Origin: Raja brachyura
Lineage: Eukaryota
Assembly: GCA_963514005.1 (NCBI GenBank)
Contig: OY740806.1
Coordinates: forward strand, 28,458,001 to 28,522,000
Length of the DNA: 64,000 nt
Direction of reading: 5' to 3'
This document shows positions 50,685 to 61,800 of this stretch, piece after piece. Position 1 is the first letter of the stretch. Each line of letters starts with the position of its first letter. The position numbers were made by a program, and so were the translations under genes. The notes under the pieces are model-generated. The model was given only the letters and a program-made list of their open reading frames with translations. It was not told the origin of the DNA and made no database searches.

Positions 50685-51222
50685 AAACACTGCGGGATGA
50701 ACTCACTGGGTCAGACAGTATCTGTGGAGGAAAAGACAGATGATATTTCAGGTCAGGTTACTTCTTCAGACTGTTGGAGTTATGCCCCTGTACCACTTAG
50801 GAAACCTGAACAGAAACCTCTGGAGACTTTGCGCCCCACCCAAGGTTTCCGTGCGGTTCCCGGAGGTTTTTGTCAGTCTCCCTAATGGTCGAAAGTGGTT
50901 TCCGCTTCTTCTATGTTCCGGCGATTATTTCAAAAAATTGATAAAACCTCCGGGAACCTGACAAAAACCTCCGGGAACCTCCGGGCGCAGTCTCCAGAGG
51001 TCTCTGTTCAGGTTTACTAAGTGGGACAGGGGCATATGGCAAAGTTTGCAAGGCGCCTCACCCACTCTTTTTCAGATTCCTCCCCCTACTCCTTCAGTCT
51101 GAAGAAGGGTCCCGGCCTGAAATAATGGCGTCCATTCCTACCACAGATACTGCCTGATTTGCCGAATTCCTCCAGCACTTTGAGTTTTGCACCAGATTCC
51201 AGCATCTGTAGTCACTTGTGGC
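50685..51222. mobile_element. Penelope terminal-repeat inverted pair hosting a MITE
   Basis: Minus arm 50685-50773 (cagtCTGAAGAagtaacctgacctGAAAtatc) and plus arm 51093-51222 (CTGAAGAagggtcccggcctGAAA). Confidence 0.75.
50782..51035. mobile_element. Harbinger-like MITE
   Basis: ~45-bp TIRs atgcccctgtaccacttaggaaacctgaacag / ctgttcaggtttactaagtgggacaggggcat. The terminus resembles the MITE at 7000-7225; TSD unclear. Confidence 0.75.
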
Positions 51223-54200
51223 TCCAGGAAAAGAAACAGCTCTGACTTGGCTAACCTAGCAGTGGAGACAGGGTCTAGTTCTATGAATCGCAAGAACATC
51301 AAAATATGCACTGGCCCCAAAAGCAGAAATCAAATGGGAAAGAGAGGTTTCAACTGACAAAGAGCAAAGTTCTAAAATGTCGACAAGTCCGAGTTCAGTT
51401 CGCAAGCAAGCCTGATTTGTTCCGGGTATTCTGCAAGCCATGTTGATATTTCCTGAACATAAAACTGAAAACAGCATGATAAATCCTGTTCATAAAAAAG
51501 TCAAGAGTTTTTTTATAAAAAAGAAAGACCCAAGTATCCCATCTCTCTATTCTGCTAAGAAGGCCTATTAGAGTTTTAGCAGTTAAGCTTGCTGACAAAT
51601 ATATTAGATAGCTTGGATTACAGGCATCTCTGTGCAAAGGCAGTGTGTGATTTACTCAAACAAAAATCTATTACTGAAATACATGCAAAGCAATAGAACA
51701 TTTATTAGGCTTATAGTACAAAAATTCTGATGTGTGCTAAACAACAGAAATGAGCCTGCATTCAACACTTTTAATATAATGCGATCTTTCAAGATGTTTA
51801 ATGGGATTCCAGTAAACAAATTTTAACAGCCCCACAAAGAAACACAGATGAATAAATGTTCAGGTCAAGAGCACTGCCGAGAAATTGGACTGGTTTGCAC
51901 GTGCAGTTGACAAAAACATTGTGGATAAAAGCAGTTTCCTTTGGGTTGGATCACTGGGCATCATATCTGGATCAATGAGTGGCATTAGAAAATGGGCCAC
52001 AGTCACTTCCAAGTCTGAATCCCCTTCGCAATACTGATGTGGCCCAGCATCAGGCACTGAGCTCATGATCCCATCTCTGTGAATGCCAACATGAACTGGT
52101 GTATAAATACCAAGCAGCAGATCCTTCAGAAATTCAGACACAAAATGAAAATTGACAACACAAGGAACAACAGATACTGGAATCTTGAGCAAAATACAAA
52201 GTGCTACAGTAACCCAGCGGGTCAGGCAATGTCTGTGGAGGAATTAAACAGCCGATGTTTCGTGACATAAATGGACGTTCCTCAGAGTGATCTCTATGTT
52301 TAACGCCCAGCTTGGTCCGAAAGTTGTCATTGCTCTGACTTATGCAGAGGCTCCCTCAAGAATGGCTGGAATTTTACAGAAGCATCACAGTCTGGGTTGC
52401 TGCTCCTTCTGAATAGTGTAGGGCTGGGACCTGTGTAACAACCCCTCAAATGCTTCACTGATGCAATGTTCATGGAAGAAAGAGACTGGTGTTGAAACAT
52501 TGCAAGGGAACATATGTAATTGTTGATGCAGTGAACACAGAGAAAGGCATTTCCCAATTTACTGATTGGAGTAGAGGGAAGAAAGATAGAAAATAAAAAT
52601 GGGGATGGGGCAATAGCAAGTGATAGGTGGATACAGGTGGGGGTGTGATTGGCAGATGGGCTAAGTAAGTGTTACAGAACTAAAGAATCACGCAACTTCA
52701 TCTCCGACAGAGATTTAGTTCTATACAGCCAACATTTACAGTGGGTTAGGTGGAGAGGCCAGTTATGGCCAAAGGATCCTAAAGCGTCAGGGAGTCAGTT
52801 GAGTTGCTGTTAACGTTGGGTCACATTAACTTGTAGATCTGTCGTCGTCCCCGAACTGGACAAATGGACAACCTGGCCACAGAAAGGAGTGAACATCAGC
52901 AGTAGGACGTTACAACTGTGGATCTGTAGGGAGCCTCTCTGGCAATAGCGAGAGGTAGCAATCAAAATTAGAGGGAATTTCGGACCAGTAATGTCTACGC
53001 CCAATAGTTGAGTATCTTCAGCGCAGAGGGGAATGTGAATTAAAGCCAAATATTAATAGACAATAGACAATAGGTGCAGGAGTAGGCCATTTGGCCCTTT
53101 GAGCCAGCACCACCATTCACTGATCATGGCTGATATTAACACTGATGTTTTGCTGATGTCATTTCAAAAAGCATATTGTAAGAAATTTGAAAATGCAAAA
53201 AGGTAAGAATGCAAGTCTTTATTTTGTTATATGTGGGTAATGTGTCAATGACAGTATTTTGCTGAGATAGTTTAAGCTGTTGATTACCCAGTCATCTATT
53301 CATTTCTCCTAAGAACAAAAATGTAGAATTAGGGACCCTAAGTAAATATGTCTGTACAATATTTAGATTTTATATTCAATTATACTGTTTAGATATAATT
53401 TTAGTATCAAATCACAAATCATTCAATGCGTAGAAGTCTTTTTTTACACCTGTCATCTGTAGGCTGCAAATATAATTATTTGTGATTTGAGTCTATACAT
53501 TTTTCTGCATGTACTTTCTTCATGTTAATGTTGCAGTTTGTTCAGTTCTGTGACAGCAGAAACATTCTGTGCCGACTCTCTCCCACATGATCACCACAAT
53601 GACACTGCACATTGGAAAGTATTCATTTGCCATTAGGGATCATAAAATAACCTTTCTCATGTCTTAAATAGATTTTGACTTGCATGAGAAATGCAACGTA
53701 TCTAACTTTCAATCTGACAGAATGTAAGTCCATTTCGTCAAACTGCTCCATAAACTTAGTTTGAATAGGCAAACTTAGCCTAATGTTCCGCAACGTTGCC
53801 AAACAGAATTTAATTTTCCCGATTGCCCATTATACAATTTATGGAAAATGCATATTTTTCTTGATGAGGTTGCAGGTTTTAAATTATACAATGAATCCGA
53901 GCCCAGTCAGAAAGGGCAGAAACAAAACGCTTCACTGACGGCATAAGGAACTGAAGATGCTGGACTTGAGCAAAGCACAAAATGCTGCAGGAACTCATCG
54001 GGTCAGGCAGCATCTGTAGAGGGAATGGATAGATGTTGTTTCGGGTCAGGACCTTTCTTCATAAGTTCGTAAGTCATGGGATCAGAAGTGGGCCATTCAG
54101 CCCATTGAGTCTACTCCGCCATTCAATCATGGCTGATCTATCTTTCCCTCTCAACCCCACTCTCCAGCCTTCTCCCCATAACCATTGACATCCTTGCTAT

Positions 54201-54811
54201 ATAAGTCCTTTATGGAGTGTAGATACCTTAGATCCAGGTTTAACCTGAACTGAGAGGCCTGGAATTGGAGCTGGAAGGCACTGGATGGTCAGAGCATTCA
54301 GAAACAAAGGTCGAGAATGGAAATATATGTTTAGGGCAGTAATTTAAGAAGATATTTACACAACTTCTTTCAAGTAACAGTGTCACAAAAATCCACAGAG
54401 AGTCACTGATAATGCCAGCTTCATATCCATTCAACCTCCCCTTTCCCCACATTAGAACAGGACAGTGGTATTCATGCCTATTCCAGCTTGATGAGGTTTC
54501 AGGATGTAAACAGCTTTAAGTGAAAGACTTGTGTTTAGACAGAAATCCTATTGATGATGAAGTAGTGCCAAAGCAGATTCTAATAGGAGCACTTCCATTA
54601 CAGAATCTGTGCAACATCCAATTCTCATCAGAAACCTGCTACATAAGCAATAGACTTCATTTCTGTGATGCAGCTCATATAATCATACAGTGCGGAAAAA
54701 GGACCAGTCCAACCAAGATGCCCCATCTAAGCTTGTATCTTTTGTGCACGCTTGGCCCATATCCCTCTTAACATTTCTTATCCATGTACCTGTCTAACTG
54801 CCCTTTAAATG

Positions 54812-55670
54812 TAGAAACAAGGAACTGCAGATGCTGGTTTACAAAAAATGACACAAACTGCTGGAGTAACTCAGCGGGTCAGGTAGCCTCTCTAGATAAC
54901 ATGGGTAGATGATGCCTAGGGTTGGGACCCTTCTTCAAACTGACGGTGTTGAGGGGTGGGGGAAGAAGCTGGAAGAGGTGAGGGGCAGACCAAATCCAGA
55001 CGGGTAATAGGTGGATACCAATGAGGACTTTTTTTTGACAGGCAGATGGTTGGACAAATGCCAGAGATGGAAAGATGAAGACATGAGATGCTGTTTCTCC
55101 AGTTTACATGTGACCTTACTCTGGCAATGGAAGAGGCCCAAGCCAGAAAGGTCAATATGGGAATGGGAAGTTAAAATGGTTAACAACTGGGAGATCCAAC
55201 AGGCCTTGGTGGGCCAAGTGTAATTGTTCAGCTAAACGGTCGTCGAGTCTACATTTGGTCTCACTAATGCACAGGAGGCCACTGGATGCAGCAAATGAGA
55301 TTATATGTGAAGCATGTGAACTCCTCATTCTCTCTGGAAGGACTGCTGGGGTCTCTAGATGGAGGTGAGGGGGTAGGTATAGGGATAGGTGTTACATCTC
55401 CTGCAGTTGCAGGGGAAAGTACTTGGGGAGGGGGTTGTTTGGAAGGAAGGGATGAGTGAACCAAGAAGTTATGGAGCGATGCGGAAAGGGGGGAGGATGG
55501 GAAGATATGACTGGTGCTGGAATCACTATGGAGGTGACAGTAATGTTGGATGTGGAGGTTATTGGTGAGAGGTGAGGACCAGGTAACTCTATCCCTTGTT
55601 CCATCTGGGGGGAAGGGCCGTGAAAGCAGAACTATGGATCAAGGAGGAGATATGCGTGAGAGATTCATGA
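54812..55670 (-). mobile_element. Penelope-like element 3' portion (GIY-YIG endonuclease, 3'UTR, terminal repeat)
   Basis: Decayed FTCFTYNLICCIQ, LCISETKCRLDDRLAEQL (YIGET-like) and HCQSKVTCKLEKQHLM. The terminal repeat at 54812-54943 carries a decayed hammerhead motif. Confidence 0.88.
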
Positions 55671-55679
55671 CAGAAGGGG

Positions 55680-55980
55680 ATTACATCACGTTTACTATCT
55701 CCGCTACATCATCGACTGCATCGGGGCTGCCTTCCGCAGAACCCGTTGATTTAATTAACTTTACCACGAACTTTCACCCTGCCCTCAAATTCACGCGGGC
55801 TATCTCTGACACCTCTCTCACCGTTCTTGATCTCTCTGTCTCCATTACGGGGAACATATTATCAACCGACATCAATGAGAAACCCATCGACACCCAGTTT
55901 CCTGGCCTGCACCTTATCCCACACTGCCACTTGCAAAGGCGCTATCCCATACTCCCAGTTTTTGTGTCTCAGCCACATTG
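55680..55980 (+). mobile_element. Penelope RT C-terminal fragment, inverted relative to its 3' portion
   Basis: ctccgctacatcatcgactgc (RYIDD-like), INFTTNFHPALKFT, LDLSVSI and TDINEKP. Confidence 0.85.
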
Positions 55981-56049
55981 ATGTGAACACTGATGTGTCA
56001 TCAATGAGAAACCCATCGACACCCAGTTTCGAGCCCCCATAGGTCCCGA

Positions 56050-57510
56050 TGTTATTGTAATCACAGTCACCAAGGTCGATGTCAGAAGATCCTTCAGGAG
56101 GGGGACCCCTTAGCGAGTGTCTGGACCTGATGTTCTCAAATCCTGCACAGACCAACTGGTTGGATATTTATGGACATCTTCAACCTCTCATTACTGTCTG
56201 CAGTTCCCACCTCCTCTGAAAGGGCTTTAATAATACCAGTTCTCATGAAGAGTACGGTGACATGTCTTGGTGACTGCCGACCAATGGCACTAACATCCAT
56301 GGTGATGAAGTGCTTTGAGAAGTTGGTGGTGGCACATATCAACTCCTACCTCAGCAAGATCCTGGACCAACTACGATTTGCCTACCACCCCAGTAGATCT
56401 ACGGGGATTGCAATCTCGCTAGCTCACAACTCAGCACTGGACCACGGATAATAAAAAGATATGCAGCAGGCTGTTGTTCATAGACTACAGCTTGGTGTTC
56501 AATACCATCATCCCCTCCAAACCTGTTACCAAGCTCACGGAAGGTCTCTGCACGTCCCTTTGCAACTCGATCCTTCGACTTCCTCATCAACAGAACAAAT
56601 CGGTAGAAATTGACAAAAGCAGCTCTTCCTCCTTGATAACCATCATCACAGGGGCACCTCCAGGCTGTGTGTTCAGCCCCCTGCTATACTCAATCTATAC
56701 CCATGACTGTGTAGCCGGACACAGTTCCAACTTCATCTTTAAGATATTTGCTATATTTACGAGGGAGTTAGATGTGGCCCTTGTGGCTAAAGGGATCAGG
56801 GAGTATGGAGAGAAGGCAGGTAAGGGATACTGAGTTGGATGATCAGCCATGATCATATTGAATGGCGGTGCAGGCTCGAAGGGCCGAATGGCCTACTCCT
56901 GCATCTACTTTCTATGTTTCTATGTATAAATTCGCTGACAACACCACCATCATTGGATGAATTATGGATGATGATGAATCCGTGCATAGGAGGGAGATCG
57001 ATCATCTGATTGAGAGGTGACAGAACAACAACCTGTGTTCATCTACAAATCAAATGGTGGAGAGAGTCACCAACTTCAAGATCCTGGGCGTGCATATCTC
57101 TGAAGATCTCTCCTGGACCCAGCACATTGATGCAATCATAAAGAAAGCCAAAACACTTCCAATTCCATAGTAGATTGAGGAGATTCTGTAGGTCAACAAA
57201 TACTCTCTTGAACATCTACAGGTGTACGGCAAAGGCATATTGACTGCTTGTGGCCTGGTTTGGCAACTCAAATGCCCACGAAATTCCAAAGGAGATTACA
57301 AAGAGTGGTGAACACAGCCTGGTCTATCATGGACACTGACCTCCTCACCATTGAATGGATCTATGAGTCGCTATCTCGAAAAGGCAGCCAGCGTCATCAA
57401 GGACCCATACCACCCTGGCTCTCATTTCACTCCTGCCATAAGGAAGATGGTTTTGGAGTCTGAAATCTGTAATGCACAGGTTCAGGAACTGCTTCTTCCA
57501 AACAACTATC
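56050..57510 (+). mobile_element. Decayed Rex1/Babar LINE with nested CR1
   Basis: DIFNLSL, RPMALTSMVMKCFEKL, FIDYS, GAPPGCVFSPLLYS and KFADNTT. Confidence 0.9.
56743..56925 (+). mobile_element. CR1 extreme 3' end, same subfamily as 4140-4759
   Basis: Nearly identical to 4585-4762, including the ttctatgtttctatgt tail. Confidence 0.93.
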
Positions 57511-59230
57511 ATGTTAAGTTTTTAGTTTTAGAGATACAGCTTTGAAACAGGCCCGTTGACCCACTTAGTGGGTCAACCTCAATCACCTTATCAATTCCCC
57601 ACCTCTGTAAGATGACCCATCAGCCTTCAGAGTTCCAAGGAATAAAGTCATAGCTTACCAAATCTCTCACTGTAGCTCAGGCACTTGAGTCCTGGCAACA
57701 TCCTCGTAAAAGTATTTCATATTTTAATTGGATACTAAAGATTCAGTTCCCCCTGAGATGTTTACATTCAATAGTTGGAACTATGGCTTCTTAATCTGCC
57801 TCCAATTGATAACTGACCACTCAATTTAAAGTTACTTAAAATAATTTAATTTCATGGTTCATATTCAAAAAATAGCGTGAACTGCCAAGTTTTCCCAGGG
57901 AGCTCATTTAAGGCAATGCCATTACATTAGGTAAAGCCAAAAGGTTTCTGTATGTTTGAGAAGTGTGCCTTCTCCTATAATAGCCGAGGAGCAAATCAAT
58001 TCAGCTCTAACCAAGTACTATTTAATGTAAGTATGTAATGGGTCGCTTTCACCATAAATATTTTGTTGCATTTGAAGTTTGATAATTCTAGAATCATTAC
58101 AAATTATATTGAAATCATGGACTTTAAAGAAAGCTTAAATAATGGAAATACAAATGACCACATTTTTCAGCTGCAAATTAGCTGCAGAGACACTGGGAAT
58201 ATATTAGGCTGAGGCTTTATGACCACTCTGAAATTGAACTAGAAAGCTGACAGAAAGAAGGAGCTATATGCACAGAAGGAACATTAATCAAATTACAGAT
58301 CATTACATTTGCCACATGGCAGAAACCTATGAGATTTGAATCCCAGCTAAATTTCAAGGAAATTTCTCTTCTGTACATTATCTCGAATAAAGAACAGCAT
58401 TCTCTATTTTTCTTTCTTGAAGCAAGCAACAGGCCTGCTAAGCTTCAGTTTAATTTCCATGCAATGCAAGTTTAATGTCTCTGCAAAAATACAGGCACAA
58501 TCATGGTTGATAATTAAACAGATTCCTATCAGTCGTGGTGGAGAGAAGCAGAAGGACTTCATGTTGGCAAAGACAACGTATAACTTCACATTTAGAAAGT
58601 TAATACATTAAACTAGTGAGTTGCCGAGTGTTTCTGCCTGTCTTAATCAGCCTAAAACTTAACGGCCTTGTTATTTTGGGTAATAATATACTTCTCATGA
58701 TTGTGACCCCCAACAGTTCCTGAGCAGTTAACCTTATCCTCTGATAGTAAATGAAGTTTTAATTGCATGACATCTGTCCACACATTCATAAATAGGTACA
58801 GATTAATAGGATTTGTCATTGTGCAGCAATTGTAAAGAGAGACACTGAATATTCCATGTATAGCTTGTCTCAAAAAGAAAGAATTCTATTATCTCCAAAG
58901 CTATTCAGTATCTTAATGTATAAAAAAACTTCCTTCATTGTTCTTTTAGCTCAGTGGGAGACCTCATTTTGTTGATAATTGTATTAAAGTTAATGTATTA
59001 AATTTACATGCAGTCATTACAGATGCACATCAACTATCGCATCACCAACTATAATCCTGCTGTCCTTGCCTACACGTCAATCAAGTTAATAAATGTGAGA
59101 TATTAACCATTGTATCCTTGCTCATTCAGGGGATACTTCTGCTGTCCTGACATAATTCAATATCCTCATTCTGTAGAGATACAATCAATGAGATCAGTCT
59201 GATCAAGGGTGCCAACCGAAAATGTCTTCT

Positions 59231-59507
59231 TAGTTTAAAGACACAGAGTGGAAACAGGCCCTTTGGCCCACCAAGTCTGCACCGATCAGTGATCTCCTAT
59301 AAACTAGTTCTATCCTACACGCTAGAAACAATTTACCAAAAGGCAATTAATCTACAAATCTGCACATCTTTGGAATGTGGGAGGAAACCGGAGCACCCAA
59401 TCACAGGGAGAATGTGCAAGCTATCAATCAGCACCCATAGTCAGGATCAAACCCGGGTCTTTGGCATTGTAAAGCAGCAATTCTACCGCTATGCCACTGT
59501 GCTGTCC
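59231..59507 (-). mobile_element. HE1/V-SINE inserted in a Penelope terminal repeat
   Basis: Reverse SINE flanked by cagtctgatcaagggtgccaaccgaaaatgtc and tctgtccattcc...actgcctgactcgctgagttcc. Confidence 0.85.
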
Positions 59508-59639
59508 TAAATCTGTCCATTCCGGCCATGAATACTGCCTGACTCGCTGAGTTCCTGCAGCAGTTTGTGTTTCCCTCTCATTCTGAGACTGAGTGGATCA
59601 CTATCTTGTTCATTATTCCAAATTCCACCCAAAGACGAG

Positions 59640-60005
59640 CTCAAAAGTGTAGCTGGATGTCTCCAGTACGGCGCTGAAAGAGTGCTGCACTGCTGGATAT
59701 GTTGTCTTTCAGTTGAGACATCAAACAGAGATCTCAACAACTCTCAGGTTGACTTTAAAGATCCCATGACACTGTTTTGAAGAAGAACATGTTAACTCCA
59801 GTGTTCTGGCCAAATATTTATCCCTCCTTCAACATAGTTGAAAAGAATCACTTGGTGTCAGTGGGAGATTACTGAGCATGAATTATCTGCTGTGTATCCT
59901 ACATCCCTAACAATTATGCTCAGAAAGTATTTTATTGGCACTGAATGGCTTTGAAACTCCCTGAAAAGGATGTAGAAGACACCATAGAAATTTAAACCTT
60001 TCTTT
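59640..60005 (+). mobile_element. DeuSINE (SacSINE1/AmnSINE-related) remnant
   Basis: Deu-domain-like aaagatcccatgacactgttttgaagaag...ttctggccaaatatttatccctc. Confidence 0.65.
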
Positions 60006-60701
60006 TCCTTTTGAATTCTCAGATTATGCTATATGAAATTGAAAATATTACTATAATAGCATTTGACTAGCTTCATTACCGCATTGTGAGCTTTAACCCA
60101 CCAAAGGTATATCTGAAATACAATTGGATTTCAAAGTTAAATACTTCAATTCTTCTTTCACTTTCCCTCATTTACCATCCCCTTTCTATCTGGCCCATTT
60201 CTTGCCTCGCCAATTAAAATTGGAACTACAGTTTTACTCATCTATTTATTTCATTGGTAAAATGTTTAATCTTCCACTTACATATAAAATCCTGAGGATT
60301 GTTCTCAGGAGGACTCGGAGAGGATGTTCCTCCTGCTGGAATTTCCGGAACCGATGGCCACTGCTTAGAAATAAGTGGTCACCTGTTTAAGACAGAAACA
60401 ATGTCTATTGTCAGAGGGTGCTGGTAACAAGGTTTGGATGTTTTTAAGTATGGTCAACATACAAAATGTATTAATTTAAGATCCTTATGTGTAAACACTT
60501 TTTTTCTCCACATTGAATCTAGCATGATATGAACCTCTGCTGAGAAATCAGGATTTGTTTTTACTCATTGTGTCCACAAATCCTTTTCAATTTAATAGAA
60601 CAGACATCTTCCCCTTCCTCTCCCAATATTTATAAATATTATCAATATGTATATATAAAATGTATTTAATATTTATTGGCCATCGTAAATTATTTCTGGT
60701 G

Positions 60702-61168
60702 TGTAGGTGATGTAGTAGCTAATTAGCTTAAGTAAGTGTGTTATAACTATAACCTATTACCTTTAAATTTTATCTACCTGTAATTATGTGGGTGGAATTT
60801 ATGCGTAGTCTGAGCCGTGTTTGCGGCTGGCATTCTCGCGCAGTACTTAGACTCCCTAGTACTTAGTTTAGTTTGCATAAGTACGGGGGAGAGGTCACAG
60901 CTTTTGACCATGCACGAGTATGGCCACGAGTAAGATTACAATGTACTTATACAAGAAGAAGTTTGGATGAATGTCTTACTGTTTTTTTACTCCTACAATA
61001 AAGAAACTATTAATCAAGGGACTGTGTTTGGAAGATGTATCTTTCGACGGCTTTGAATGTGTCGTGGGGAGCTCGTGAGTGCTTTTCGATTATCTCCTGA
61101 CCCCCTGTCTTCAATCACAGTGACTAAAGGACAGATTCCTTGAAACGATATAAAAATCTGTCACTACA
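60702..61168 (+). mobile_element. Putative solo LTR
   Basis: TGTAG...CTACA inverted termini, internal AATAAA (~60997), and more CpG than the flanks. No matching TSD seen. Confidence 0.5.
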
Positions 61169-61179
61169 CTAGAGTCGTA

Positions 61180-61800
61180 GCATCTGAGGGAGTTTGATGC
61201 TAATGGGGGGGAAATAAAAATAATGGGATTAATGTGGGTTTAGCCACATTTGAAGTGTTACAGTATATGCAATTCTGGTTGTTCATTACTGGAAGGATGT
61301 GAAGGCTTTGGAGAGGGTGCAAAGAGGTTTACCAGATTGATGCTTAGATTGGATAGTATTAGCTATAAGGAGAGATTGAACAAACTTGCTTTGTCTTCTC
61401 TGAAGCATCAGATGCTAAGCAGGTACCTGATAGAACTTTATAAAATTATGAGAGTCACATAGAAGGCAGACAGTCAAAAGTTGTTTTCCCAGGTACGAAA
61501 TGCCAATGATTAAAGGGTATAGCTTTGTAAGAAGGGAAAATTGAAAAGAGATGTGTGGGGCAAGCTTTTTACAGAGACGGTGATGGGTGCTTGGAACGTG
61601 CTACCAGGGGTGGTGCTGGACGCAGAATGATAGCATTTTTAATAGGTTTTTGGATAGGCACATTGATATTCAGGGAATCCGGGATATGGATTAATGGACT
61701 ACGCGCAGGCGGAGAGGATTAGTTTAACTTGAATCATGTTCAACATGGGTATGTGGGCCAAAGGGTGTGGTTCTATATCATACTTTTCTATGTTGTATAT
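61180..61800 (+). mobile_element. Decayed CR1 3' fragment
   Basis: KRFTRLMLRLDSISYKERLNKL...LIELYKIM and 3'UTR. Confidence 0.8.
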
